Assembly (NCBI GenBank): GCA_001642005.1
Contig: LWCA01000007.1
Location: 41,675 to 105,674, forward strand
DNA length: 64,000 nt
Source of the DNA: Intoshia linei
Taxonomy: Eukaryota > Animalia > Orthonectida
Reading direction: 5' to 3'
Position 1 is the first letter of the stretch. Each line of letters opens with the position of its first letter. Below are positions 1 through 13,808 of this stretch, in pieces. A model generated the notes under the pieces. It saw nothing but the letters and a program-made list of their open reading frames with translations, was not told the origin of the DNA and did no database searches. The position numbers were made by a program, and so were the translations under genes.

Positions 1-1075
1 CTCCTAAAACGTGTCATCCTATTGTAGACGATGAAACAGTTTGTAAAGTTAAAAATGACAGGAATTTAATTTCCTTTGAAACGCCAAGTGTTGAGATATT
101 CAATACTAAAATTAGTGACAAACAAAATAATACAAATTCAGTGGAAATTCCTCACGAAACAAAAGAAAATATTGGAAATTTTAATGTTCATATCTATGAA
201 GATATTTCAGAAACAGTATCCGATCATGTAAAAAGAAGTAACAGTTTGAATGAAAACTCATTAATTTGTGATATTCCAATGACTACATCAGTGCCTAATT
301 TGATAAATGAATCACAAATGAGTGTTTGCATAAAAGAAGAACCATTCAGGACAAGAAATGGTTTTTATTTATATTATTTTATTAAATGGAAAATATTTTT
401 TATATTAATTTAACAATGTTAATACACCCGATAATAGGGAATTTTGTGGGCATACCAATTAAAATTATTTTATAATTTCTATGAACCCATTTCACTAAAT
501 AAATTTTATTATAGGTATGAATAGAACAATAAAAGAGTTTGACCCTCCTTATGCATGTAAAGAGCATGTGACAGAATCGGTTGTAAATTATATCAGTGGT
601 TTTTAACTACAATTAATGAATTATGTATTTATTAATGAAATGTCTATAAAACAAAAATACATTAACTGGCCCTAATGTTAACTTTTGCAACATTTTTAAT
701 ATACTGACAGATTTGGAGACTAATTAAATTGACCAGATCAGATACTTGTAAATTTTTTTAATTAAAAAATGATCATTTTAATAAGTTTTCTATGTTTATG
801 GTCGAAAATTAGAATGTCCAAAAAAATTATGGGTAGGTTCTGACCATTACATACTCTATTAACAATCGGTTTAGAATCACTGAAGTATACATAAATGTAA
901 TTACATTTTATAAATGTTTATTTAGTCGTCGGAAGATGAATTTAAATATCGAATGGAAATCCATCAAACACTTTTTGAAATGGGATTAACAGATTTTAAT
1001 TACAACAACAAATTAATCCTGAAACACAACTACGATATAAGCAAGATAGTAGAGGAATGCTTCGATTACAAATAA
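1..1075 (+). CDS. 3' part of an NBR1-like autophagy receptor with C-terminal UBA domain (5' end outside window); exons <1-360, 515-582, 926-1075
   Basis: Open frame from the window start to a GT at 361. Exon 515-582 lies between TTATAG and GTAAAT. The last exon follows TTTAG(925) and translates SSEDEFKYRMEIHQTLFEMGLTDFNYNNKLILKHNYDISKIVEECFDYK*, matching the NBR1-type UBA pattern (LFEMGF.D...N..LL.KHNY.I..VV.E). AATAAA at 1118-1123. Confidence 0.7.
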
Positions 1076-1202
1076 TGTACAAGTATGGGATAATGTAAAA
1101 ATGAAAATTAAAAAATTAATAAACTGTACTCTTGAGATAAAACATATAACGGGAAGAGTTTAATATGAAATTAAAATGTATACACATGATATAAACAAAT
1201 GC

Positions 1203-4200
1203 CTAAATGACATTGTAGGTTGGAACTGTTTGAAACTGTTTGTAGGATTTGACACATTTATAAGATTCTCTATAATGTTCCTTAAACCATTTTAATAAAT
1301 CAGGCAAAGTGGCAAACATTTTTTTCCTATATCGTATTCCATTCACAGTTATAGTCAAATACTCAATTTTAGTTTTGGTTGTAGGACAGTACGCCAATAT
1401 AAACTTTCCAGGGTACTCATGTGACGCAATTAATTTGTACGGTATGCGACTAGGTTGACTTCTTTTTTCCAATAGAATAATTTTCTCAATCTCTGCATTA
1501 TTACTATTTTGCATAGCAAGATAATATTTGTGAGTGACAATATCCCGAATATAAGATGCCATTGGTTGAATATATCTTGCAGTAATTTCGTCAAGATCTT
1601 CATAATATTCATTTTCAATTTTTAGTTTTCGACCAATACTAAAATTATTTGTTTTATCAAATTCAGAAATGTCGATATGACGATAAATGTTTTCAGATAT
1701 TTTCCAGGTGGCTGTCAAGTGATCACTAGCTTTACTGCTAGGCCGATACATGACATCACCAATATTACATTCTTTTGACATTATATCAATACAAGAGCTG
1801 TATGGAACATTTTTAAAAAGAGAATGAACTATGACCCTTTTAGTGTATTGTTTTTGTTTATTAGCTCGGCTGGTTTCCTGACGATCTTTGACAATATCCA
1901 AATATTCTTTGCAAGAATCATAAAACCTGTCTCTAGCCGGTTTCCATTTGTGATCTTCATCTGTTAAATCAGAGGTCCTACATGTAACTTCAACGGAAAA
2001 TCGAGTAACGTCAATTTTTCTTACTCTGGCATGAATTAGCATGCCTATTCTGACTTTCTTTTTAGGGTTTGATATATGATTATCACTGAGATACATGAGT
2101 GGAATATATCCAGTAAGGCTGTTTTCAAGTCGAATTCTTATTCCAGTAATTGTTCCGAGACATTGGTTTGATTCATAATGACGTAATACTCCGCTAATAT
2201 TTTTAAAATCTTCGACAAAACAGTATTGACACATCCAAGTACCACAACTCTCGTTCTTTATAGGTTGTGCTACTTTAATACTTTCTTCGTTAAGCCTACG
2301 ATACGAAAACCCAACAACAATACATGTGACTAATTTTCCGAGGCAAAATGTTTCAGGGGTTTCGTTAATAGTCATTTTAAACAAACTATCCGGGTTCGGA
2401 GATCTGTAAGGAAACCTTAAATCTTGATATGGACTATAAAATTCAGCTTTAATGTCTTGTAATGTAATCATTTTATCAAAAACTACACTACCCTCAACTT
2501 CACAATAGTTATTTAAATCAATTTTGTTTAAAATTGCAGCATTTTTGAAAGTTCGATAAATTAAAATGTTATCATTTTCATTCTCACCTTCATCTTCGTC
2601 ATCGAAATCTTTAACGTCTCGAATAATTTTTTTGGCAATGTCATACATTTCGGGGTGAATTCTAGTAACGTCGAGTAAATGCGTATGCGTTTCAGTAGCA
2701 TTATCAACATCGATATTTGATAGTTTCAATTTTATAAAACCACTGCAATTGACAAAAATTTTCGCAGCAATGCCGCATCGAATAACAAGATAGGTACGAT
2801 TATAAAGAAGATCTCTAGACGACCTAAACTTTTTCAAAATATGACTTGCTTTTCGAGGTCCTAATCCACTAACAAACTGTAAAACACAATCCTTATGTAC
2901 ATTTTCGATAATGTCGTTCAAATCTACTCCAACTTCGTTTACTCTATTGGTAAAAATGATATTGTATGCATCCATCAATTCCTTTTTATCCCCAGAAAAC
3001 CTCTTTTTCGAATAATTTACATTCAAAATGTCATTATCTTTGTTAAATAAACGAGATATTTCAGTTAAAGGGTCTAATAATTTACGGCACATGGAAACGG
3101 CTTGTCTTTCTAGAATGTGCATATTCGACAACTCTTTTTTCCCGAAATTTGAATTTGAAAAAGCTATGCAAGTTTCCTGGTCGACAACATCAATTTTTAT
3201 AGATTTAAAGGCCCTTTTGTCTTTCTTATTTGTTTCAAAATTGGCCAAGTCAATAACCAAATCTTCAATTTCTCTTGCCAATGAAACGGAATTTCTGTTT
3301 GTTGCTCCAATACCGATGAAATGAGGTTTATGGGTTTCTACAAACTCGCCAAGATTATGAATATCCTTTCTACGATTCTTTGCTAGTAATGAAACTCCGT
3401 CTCGCGCTAATCTACTCATATATACATGCAAAGCTTGGAACGTAACACTTTGCAAAACATCTCCATTACTATTACACAACACACCAAAAGTTTCTTCGTG
3501 TTCGTTATCAGAATACACTAAACAAAATATCCTTAAATCGTCTTCATGGTCCCCTTCAAATGTAAATTCTCGTTTTATTGGAGCCACACTGATATCGTTG
3601 TAGAGCAAACGAGACGCGTCACTAACAACAAAATTTTTACCTTCTTGTATAAGTTTTAACGTAACCTCTTTTTTTAATTTGGGATACAAGCAATTATAAA
3701 GAGCACTTTTAAGTCCTTTTTCGCGAATATCATTCCATTCCTGAACGGCATAATTATATTCATCTTTTAAATACAAGTGTTTGATTTTTTCGTAAAAATT
3801 AATTTCCTTTTTGCCAGTATTGTCCATGTGGATATCGTATTCAATTAATCCATTCTCATAAGCTTGGTGTAATTTCCAAAATTGATCATGATGAAATGAA
3901 GATATTGGCTTGTTGGTAAGATACATCATGGAAAATATATCATGTGATTCGTCAATTATTGCCCTTCCCTTTTTAGTAACACTGGCATCAACCAATGCTC
4001 TTTCAAAATAAACACTTCGAACAATCTTAGCAATGAGAGGTTCAATCGAAAGTGTTTTTGAAATATAACTAACTAGCAACCCTTTAATCACATCATAATT
4101 TTCATCAGTGAAGCGCGAAAATAACGTTTTGGGTATTTCATCAGAACTAGTCACATCATTATGCTGGAAATTGTCTCTTAAATTTTCAGCAAATTGATAA

Positions 4201-5607
4201 GGTTTCATGCCGATATGTTGTATTGATTCTTTAAACCCCTTTTCGTAAAAGTATTGGCGTATATTGAATTTTGCTCGTTTAAATAATTTTTTATCTAGAT
4301 TCGGGTCTAACTCGTCAACATGTGTTTCGTTACAATTATCAAATTCGCCAAAATAAAACAATAAATATTTCGTAAAATCGTCAATTTCGTCAACAGTCTT
4401 GAGGTTTTTCAAAACATCGACAATTTTTATCCCGTTAATCATATCCACTAATTCTTTACTATTTTCCGTTAAATCTTTAGAATCGAAATAAATTTTAATT
4501 TTATCAAAAAGATTCGAGACGGCTTTTTTTCTATTAGTAAAATGAATCCATTTTTCGTCATATTTGTAAATGGACCACAAATCTTCCATTTGCAATTCAG
4601 GATGAATTGCCTCCTTTCGATAGAAAGCAATAAATGGAATATCAAATCCTTCCAATTTAATAAATTTCAAAACATTGCAAATTTTTTTAGACAACTCTAA
4701 AGTAGATGTACGTTCCATAGCTGACCGTAAATGCATATCGTCTTGACTGGACAATGATTTAGTATAAAAATAATTCAATTTTATCCATTCTGCTTCTTCT
4801 TCAATTTCTTCCATATCAACTGTCGCTACAGGGTATTTTCTCAGTTGAAACCTTTCGGGAATATCACTAACACTAATTTCAACATTTTTTTGACTCTTTT
4901 CCAATCGATCCATTTCATAAGGTTCAAATATGTTATTTAAGTTGAATTTTGTCTTTTCTAAATCTTCCAAATCATCGTCAGAAGATTCAATGTTTTTGAA
5001 ATCATCATAGTCAAAATTTATTCCAAATATTTCTTCAGCATCTTTTAAACCTTCAATCATATCTTCATCAATTTCTGATTTTGATATTGCTGCAATTTCA
5101 TCGCGTGTATTGAAATTTTCAATTTCTTCGTCAATGGAAGAATCTACCTTTAATTTAGGATTATCATAAAAATAAATTACCGTCCATATCGGGATTCGTG
5201 TAATTGTAGTTTTGTTGTACTGGTATAGATTTTGCACTTAGAGCTGCACTCATTTCTTCATCTTCGTCGTCGTCAGCCATCATGATACGGCGTCGTTTCT
5301 TTTTCCTGTTTACTTTAATACCCAAATTGTCTTCTAGTAAATCCAAGTCTTCGTCGGACAGAGAATCGTCAGAGCTACTTACATGTTTTTCTCTTTTCGT
5401 CGATAATTCCGCAATTTCTTCTTCAGTGTCATCATTAATCAATCCTGGCAAGTTGATGTTAATTTCTTTGTCATCTAAAAAATTACGTTTAAAATTTACT
5501 TTAATAATTTATTTTCGTTTACCTTCTTCGTCGCTACTCAACTGGGACAGTTCGTTTTCGTCACAAGACGATAATTCAGCTTCTTGATCAAAAAATTCAC
5601 TCATCAT
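1203..5607 (-). CDS. SUPT6H: Transcription elongation factor/histone chaperone SPT6; exons 5607-5523, 5474-5181, 5143-1203
   Basis: Acidic N-terminus MMSEFFDQEAELSS..., then DIPERFQLR, IPFIAFYRKE, YqgF/HhH region (VNEVGVDLN, LQFVSGLGPRKA), S1 domain with the metazoan WxCxxC...H...C insertion, and tandem SH2 (RPSSKASDHLTATWK; RIPY; KWFKEHY). Two GT-AG introns (5475-5522, 48 nt; 5144-5180, 37 nt) join the frames. Confidence 0.96.
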
Positions 5608-5859
5608 TAATTTTTGTGATATACAAATATTTAATACTTAAAATGACGATTAAATTAAATATATGTTTCTATGGTGTATATATTTCGTTGTTATTGAAAC
5701 GAATATAAACAGTAACTTTATTTTTGAATAAATTATTACATTTTTGCACAAAATTATACAATTGTAATTATAATCCCTACTTATATAAAGTAAATTAGTT
5801 AAAAGTGTATCTGTCAATTTATTGAATATTTACATTTTCATTATTAATTTTAATACACT

Positions 5860-7030
5860 TGTACAAACATTTGAAAATATTGGTTGATAATTTATTAAGA
5901 TATTGGTATCCAGGATTGCGTAGATTTCTGGGGCTGAAATTTTGTATTTACATCAACTGGACTAAGCTGTATCAGCATAATCTTTTTTTTAAATTTAGGA
6001 CCATTAATTATTTCAAATTTTTTGTTATAATAAAATAGTTTCATAATAGTAGTAGAAAAAATGAATACTAAAGTGTTTTTTACAGTGAAGGCGTCACTTT
6101 GTTACATTGACATTTTTTTGTGTGTATTAATTGGATATAACTGTCAACTGTAAATTTTTTTAAATTACACAGTGCGCATTATGAAAAACACACAACATTG
6201 GTATATCACATTAAATAAAACTTAACTTCACGATTAAAAAGAGCCATATATAACCGTCGGTTCTGGTTGCTAAAATATTAAAAACGAGGCTTGAACATTA
6301 TTACTTATTTGTGATTTATGATGTTAACGTTCACATGATTTATATATTTTAATATTATATTACATTAAATTGTGTATATATCAATATATAATTAAAGCGA
6401 AAAAATATTTTTTTAATATATACATTTTTTTCCGTATATGGGGGTAAAACCACCGTTTTTCGAAAAAGAAGAACACCTAACACGTGACGTATGATATACA
6501 TACTCAACATATGCATGGTCATTAGTCCATGTTCTGCTTATAAAATTTTGGTCGTATTAAATAATTACAAGTAATTTAATAATTTGAAAAAATATAATAT
6601 ACAAAAATTAAATATTTATTTATGATATAATGATTTTACAGTCCATAAATAATCACATATCATACTTATATCATGTTTTTTTTTGTATCTTATGTTATGT
6701 TTAATAAAATTTTGGGACATGTTTCTTTTTTAAAACAATGTGTAATTTGTGGTTTTGACCGTGAAGGTATGCGTTCTGAGTCTGAGATGTACGACAATGT
6801 TAATCATTTTAAAACGCGTCCCAGAATGTATGTTTTATTAAATGTTTGGGTTGATTTATTTTTTTAACAAAAAGAAAAATGGGGTTTTTGGCCCTGAAGG
6901 ATTAAATCTAGGAAACTGAAAAATAGATATAAACACGCTTCGGGAAAAACACTATTTGAAATTGGGTTTTTTAAATAAACGTCATCACACATAGACACAA
7001 AATCACATTCAATTTTATATAAGTAATAGA
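5860..7030 (-). mobile_element. Helitron-family non-autonomous element, minus-strand copy (5' end at 7030, internally interrupted, 3' end not seen)
   Basis: The reverse complement at 7031 reads A|TCTATTACTTATATAAAATTG...GTTTATTTAAAAAA, the same 5' terminus as copies at 26468 and 55000. Segments 6700-7000 and 5860-6080 match internal parts of 55000-56086 in reverse. Confidence 0.6.
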
Positions 7031-7825
7031 TAGCTTTATCCGAAATACAATTTAAGTTTATAAAATTCAATTACATATTGTATATTGACATATTTTATAG
7101 CTCAACAAAAAATGTAGGCGATGAACGTAAGACCACTCAAAACATAACTACCAGATCTCATCATAACATTCCAGTAAATAAAGTTATATTTTAGTTTTTG
7201 TAAACATTTTTATATGAAATTTCTAAAATGGCAAGCTCTTTCACTAAAAATTTTCTTCTTTTCACGATTTCTAATGGTATTAATGAAATATAAGGTTATT
7301 AAATCTGAAGTTCGAAGAATCTTGTAGATTTAAAGCCCGAATCTAACATAATGAAAATAGAAATACAAATACATGTGCTCAAAGAAGTTTATTAATATTA
7401 AGGTGAAGTTACAGTAACAGTTCCAACTGAACTCTAACTTCACTATCACAACATGATTATCATAAAAGTATGACCCGCAATTTTATCAGTATTTGGACCA
7501 TGAAATTTCGAAAAAAAGTATAAAAAATTACACTCCGAATGTTGACATACTGTTAACAATCCAATTCAACTGACAAAATTACATTTGGGCGTGGTTAACT
7601 AATACGCGTCGGAAATGTCAAACATTTATTGCATTTTGTTAGACAACCATCGCGGGCCAGAATTTTGTCACCTCTCATGTAAGCTATTTAAAATTTTATT
7701 GTAAATATATAAATTCTAAAATTCGTGTTATTCATGACGAGTTTTTTTGAGTGTAATTAATTGGATTGTTTTTAGTATTATACATCATACTTTATAATCA
7801 ATTAAAAAATCCGTTTTAAATTTAA

Positions 7826-7884
7826 AAAGTTGTCCTCAGCAGAGCTAGCTACTTTTTGCACTGAGTACATAACAGTCAAACTAA
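7826..7884 (+). mobile_element. Helitron-family 3' terminus (degenerate)
   Basis: CCTCAGCAGAGCTAGCTACTTTTTGCACTGAGTACATAACAGTCAAACTAA matches the 3' ends at 24476-24523, 26910-26960 and 56037-56086. Confidence 0.6.
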
Positions 7885-9110
7885 ATAATATATTTAATAA
7901 TAGACATTTATTATAGTGCATCATTTATATATTAAAATCGTGTTGTATCAAATGTCATGTTAAAGTATATTTATGTTGAAACGATTACAATGCATTATTT
8001 TGAAAGGTAATTAACCCTTGATTCGCATAATGATGTTATAAAAGTAACCTCAATATATCAAATAATAAATAATCATAATACAGAATAAACACATGTTATG
8101 TAATATTTGTTGACAATATTCCGTAAAAAGAAATAATAAACATTTTATTTTTTGCACATTGTACGAACATTAAACATTACTCACTAAATAATTATAATTA
8201 ATTAATAAATGTATGCAAATTAGTTCAAATTATAAGGAAGGTTGTAGGACATTTTCAATATTCTGTTTAATATACAACTTATGTGAAAAAATAAGTGTAA
8301 CTAATCAATATAATATATTATATAATAAATCATATTATGGTATTCCCTAAAAATATACAATACACGTATACAATAAATTTGCCACATTTACCAGTTATAT
8401 ACAAATATATACAAACGTTGAACACCATTATAACTTTTTTCCTTCCTACTTTTTTTATTGTTTGAATAGTCTCAAAAAGTGAGACATGGTAATTACATAA
8501 TCGATTTGATAACATGATAATATCTAATTATGATTGGGTTAAGATTCATAACTTATGAATAACATTTTTCGTGTGAAAATATAAGTGATTAGGAAATAAT
8601 TATAAAAACTGTATCTGCATTAATTTTGATTGCATTACACTATGGAAATGTTGATAAGCCTTAATTGAATAAGTAATACAAAAAAGTACAAATAATTGTT
8701 TTAATTATTAAGTCACCTATTTTAAACATTAAATTTGGTTTTATTGTTTTGTATCCAATCAATTTGGAAACGGTAGAGAAGATTGTGAAACAAAACTGTA
8801 ACTATAAAACAAAAAGATATAAGATAAATTTCAAATCTAAACAAAAAGTATTCTGTTCGACATGAAACAATACTATTTTGACAAACAATTGCTTTAACAT
8901 TAAATACGAAATATAATGGTTTGTTTATTACCTGTTTAACTTTACTAATACATATGCATTGTTTCGGTTTTGTCGAAATAAATTTAAATTTGGACGTAAC
9001 TTAATACATGCATTAATTTTGAACATAATGAAATTGAGTTAACGCAAATTATTCAAATCACACATTACAATTGTCAGTAATACGTGTCTTTTTAGTTATT
9101 AGTTTCATAA

Positions 9111-12100
9111 ATGGAACGAACTGTACGATCCCACAGTAAAGCCAGAAATGAAATATTAATAGACTCTAAAAACAGGTAACATATTACATTACCAAGAATC
9201 ATTACATTGATACGTCAATGACATGTGTCATTTTCAAATATTAAATGATAAATGCATTTTTAGAGAAATTTTAAAATTAAAACCAGGAAAACATGGAGGA
9301 CGCTATCGTACACCTTCTTTCCATGGAGGTCTTTTGGCAACATTTCCTAGCAATACATTTTCTAAGCACGATATAATAACATTTAAATTGGTAAAAAACC
9401 CAGAAAGATTGAAACATTTCGAACAGGATCTCAATAGACATTTTAGTGAAAATGACAGTCTTGCTAGTGATATTTTTCAAATTAATTATTATCATAAAGG
9501 CAAGCAAATTTCAAAAATTAAAAAAATGATTGAAGTTGAAATTCCGTATTTTGAAAATATTTCTGATGCCAGTCATTACACTTTTACGCTTTTATCAAAA
9601 TGTAATGATCTCGATGAATGGAATAGTATTGAGAATTATAAAGTTACGGTAACATTTAATTTGATTTAAACATTCTAAACATTGAAAAACCTTTACGTTA
9701 TTATTATTATTATTATCGTGAAAGCTTGTATCTGTAGTTAGTATTAGTAATTAGTAGCAATGCTTTTGAGAAAATGAAATATTGATTGGATTTTAGTATG
9801 TCAGTAATGATAATCAATACATTTGTACATTTGTAAATTTGTATTATTTTCAGTCTAATCAAAATATTTCTATATAATTAATCATTTTCAATTATTAATA
9901 ATTATTTAAAATACATTAATAGTATTTCTAACATATTATCGAAACTCGATAAACAATGAGAAAGTCACGGACAGTGTCTAACCCACCGTTCCGGCACCCC
10001 TCTTCGGGAGGAGTCTCGACACCATTTTTGTAAAATGGAGGCATTATTTTTTCAAACTAAGCAATGTGTGAAATCGTTTGTGAAAATTTATTTAGAGGAA
10101 TATTTTCCATTTTCGGGCGAACTTATTGAAGTACATTTGATATCATCATCTTTTATAAGGGAAGTTGTCACTTAAATAAATATTTTGTATTTTAAAGTGA
10201 AAAAGACCCCAAAAAATCGTACAAAATCAAAATTAGCATTTATAATGCATTTTAACAATATAATTTAAATTGTATAAAAAATTGTTGGAATGCACTGTAA
10301 TTCGATTTTAGACTTTATTATTATGTATTTTGTATATTAACGTATTTTTAGTCAAAATTTATTTTTTTTAAGCCAATATAATTGTTTAATTCCAGCCATT
10401 GAGTCTAGACTCTAGACTCCAGTCAATTTAAATTTAATCCTTATATGCAACTTTTAATAAACAAACATGTTACAAAATATGTACTATATTCAAAATTCAT
10501 AGTTCAATATTGTCATGATTATAAAAAATTTTCCAGAATTGGTGTTTTTTAAAATTTTAAGACTCTTTTCATTTTTGAAAAAAAGGAGTAATTTGTGGTT
10601 TTGACGGTGAAGGTAACAATTTTTAAATTTGAAATTTATCTTAGTTTCTGCCAGGAAAAAACTAACTTGGAATTTGTGTTTTTAAAATTTGTGGGCTGCA
10701 AGATATCTTAATAATGATTACCAGACAATTTTTCTGAGACAAATTAATTAACCAGACAATTTTAGCAACTTTTACGCTGTATAATTTGTTGTAATGTAGG
10801 GAACTAAATTAAATCATTTATTAAATTCTCAGTAACAAGTATACTATAATAAGACTCATAGAAATAAGAATATTGTAAAAAATTCTCCGTAAATCCTCGT
10901 ACTTTATGAACTTGAAGACAGGCTAATTCCTATTAAACGGAATTCATCGTTAACGGATAAAAACACTTGACTAACGGACTTTCAATTATTTTGAAGTAAA
11001 AATTTGCGTTAAATTTTAACTTAAAATGTAGTATCAGTGGCTTTTTATCTAGGATTTTTAGCCAGGGGGGCGAAATAATTATTGCCTCCCTGCACCCACC
11101 TAGATCCGTTACTGACTATCATAATTATAGTTAAGCTTTTTCGGTTCAAAGTAAAAGCTTTAGATACGTAAAACATTTTATTTTCTTTCATGATTAATGA
11201 TGATAATAATGGTTACATCTAGAAACTCTGTAATAAATATTAAAAATTATCCTATAAACATAAACAAAAGTTGGTCAAAATTTTTCAATATTTTATTTGA
11301 ATCTCATGGACCGAGGCATATAATTTTGGATCTCAATCGAGAACCACTGTTTTAATTTATACATTATTGATAAACAATTCCTCGTTGACAGAATGAGATT
11401 TTGTTTCATGACCAATTATTCCTTTAACGAGGAATTAACCTGTATAATATTATTATTTTAATTTTATATCTAATCAGTTTCTTTCTTTTTTTATTGTGTT
11501 GCATTATACGGACGTATATTGTATATCGTACATAAACTACAAACTAGGATTTGATTCAATTTTAATTAAATTTATAGTTTTTAAAACATTTTAAGAGAGA
11601 TACACCTGTATAACTTTTTTTGTGTGAAAAAATAATTTAAAATTAAAATTTAAATTTAAAATTTAATTTAATTTAAATTTTGAATAAAAATACAAATGAA
11701 AATGAATTATTTTTCAGACTAAAAAATCTTATCGAACCGTGGTTTTCAATTCAACAGTACTTTGTTTAAAAGCAGAACCGATAAAGGAAAATGTTAGTGT
11801 TTTTATCAAAGGGTGTATGCATACAAGTGTGATAAACAAGAAACTAACATTACGAGTTCCGAAATTTGCTTTAAAACACGACAATGAAATTTCTATTACG
11901 GTAATCCCTCATTATACGCCGATATTTAATATATTTAGACTAAATTCATTGACGAAAGAGAACTAGGAAAATTACGTGAAGAATACGAATATGACATGAA
12001 AAGTTTGAAATCTATGTCTCCAATTTACACGTTTGACTTTGTCAATACAAAATTAGATGTAAAAACTCGAGCAGTATCATTTGCCAATATAAAATCTGAT

Positions 12101-13808
12101 GAAAGTGTCAAGTCCATTATAAATTGTGCAATAAAAAGAAACTTAACCATACAGCTACCACTAAATTCTAAGCTTAATAACATTCCTGAAGATTCAAACA
12201 CTAACGACATTATTGGGGTTTTTAGTCTAGATTCGGATGAAAATCGTTGGAAAATGTTGAACACAACCATGAATATATCGAAAAGTACGGTTTCGTTTGA
12301 CACAAACAAGGTGGGTAGTTATTGTGTGGTATCAACGCATGATAACAGCAGCAAGTACAGCTTAACAGAAGCAATGCGATGTGTCAGAATGTATGAACTG
12401 TATGGAAGTAGTGGAGATGTTCTGGCCTGGTTGAAATTGGAAGACAAGGATTGGAAATTAAAAATTGAAGTTAGTTTATTAGAAAACATTGACACTATTA
12501 AAATGTTAAGAGAAAAAGAGGGGTATTCATCTGTGAAATTGGAAATGAATGATGTGGCAGCCGTTTCACAGCAAAAGTCCACTCTATTGCCTTATGGAAG
12601 ACGTAAAAGTTGGAATAGACGAAAATCGACAATAACTGACGATCGAAAATCTTCAGTTGCCTCGTCAAATTCATTATTTGATAATGTGAATTTAGAAAGA
12701 AGTGACTTTACCTTACTACGATTGGAAGATTTCATGAAATTTAAAATTATACTATCAAATGATTCAAAAGCAAAATTTCGACAACAACCAAGCTGTGATA
12801 GAAAAATATCTCTGGATGGAGGAAATTTCATTGAATCAGTTTCTAATTTTGATGAAAATGAAATAAATTTAGTATTTTATAAACACTCTTTAAACAATTC
12901 AATAGTAATCGACATTGAACCTAGTTCCGAATGTGACCAAACTAATGAATGCTTATTGAAATTGGAGATTACGGGAGAACGTCGAAATAATGTAGAAAAA
13001 GGATTAGAATTACGTAGAAATATAAAATATTCACTAAATTATACAATTCCTTCCGATACTGTCCATGAGTATTTACACGAAAAGGAAGTAATTGTAATTA
13101 CCCAAGAAATTCCAAAAAGACTATCAAGTGTTACTATTGAAAGAAAATCAATTTCAGAAGCTTCTACACCCGACATCAAATCGAAATACAAAAAAAAAAG
13201 ACGAAGTATTGAATCCTTCATGCGACTCACAAAAAGAACACGATCACCCATTAAATGTAAATTTTAAGATATCTTGTGTATTATGTATTTTTTCTTTTTT
13301 AACATTATTTATTTTAGTAACAAAGGAGTCAAAAGTTTTATCTCGACAAAGTATATCAATCATGTCCGCACATATTATCCATGGATTAACATTGGGAGTA
13401 CAACTAAATTTAGATGATAGTACCATCACTGGTATAGGTTTTGACGCTTTAGCTAATGGATTTAATCTACAAAACATTACTTATAGAATTTTACTTTTAT
13501 GGAAAAGAAGAACCTCGCAATATGCATCTCAACAAGTCGATATATTATACAATGCATTATGTAAAATGAATCTAAGTAATGTCGCCAATGTTATAAAAAT
13601 GTTTGATAGTAATAATTGTGAACTAGTTGAAGGTTGTTTCGATCATTGTCTTGAACCCGATGAAAATACAATTGGAGATAAAACTGAAACAAAAACTACT
13701 CAATCTCCTACCAATACAGATAAAAGTAATTTCTCTTCTACTCAAAATGATTCAATGTATAAATCCATCAACAAATCCAAAAATACATACCATACTGACA
13801 AATTATAA
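9111..13808 (+). CDS. Death domain-containing protein 1-like (ZU5-like repeats plus C-terminal death domain); exons 9111-9175, 9264-9648, 11718-11900, 11939-13256, 13318-13808
   Basis: Frame-preserving GT-AG joins. ZU5-like segments (KHGGRY...ATFPSNTF...IEVEIP; KGCMHTS...LRVPKFAL...SMSPIY...LTIQLP...W). C-terminal death fold (LSRQSISIMSAHI..GLTLGVQLNLDDSTI...ITYRILLLWKR...LYNALCKM). The architecture resembles DTHD1. The start codon is tentative. Confidence 0.75.
10919..11442. mobile_element. pogo/Tigger-like MITE in the DTHD1-like intron
   Basis: TIRs CAGGCTAATTCCTATTAAACGGAAT / rc CAGGTTAATTCCTCGTTAAAGGAAT. TA on the right flank, GA on the left. Confidence 0.55.

Noticed and set aside
3028-5587. 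Plus-strand ORFs 3028-3324 and 5282-5587 (also 1430-1618 on minus)
   Set aside because: Antisense or alternate-frame shadows of SPT6 with no recognisable motifs.
5687-5700. X-box-like GTTGTTATTGAAAC upstream of SPT6, and ATAGTGAC half-sites at ~60370 and 60851-60870
   Set aside because: Too degenerate to distinguish from chance in AT-rich DNA.
6673-7070. ORFs 6673-6867 and 6864-7070 (likewise 55930-56112)
   Set aside because: They lie within non-coding Helitron-family repeat sequence.
7190-7290. Minus-strand peptide RKFLVKELAILE, reminiscent of Polinton/viral exonuclease-like proteins
   Set aside because: Short, closed by stops and lacking supporting motifs. Not assignable without a search.
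12025-13477. Series of minus-strand ORFs
   Set aside because: Antisense shadows of the long DTHD1-like exons.
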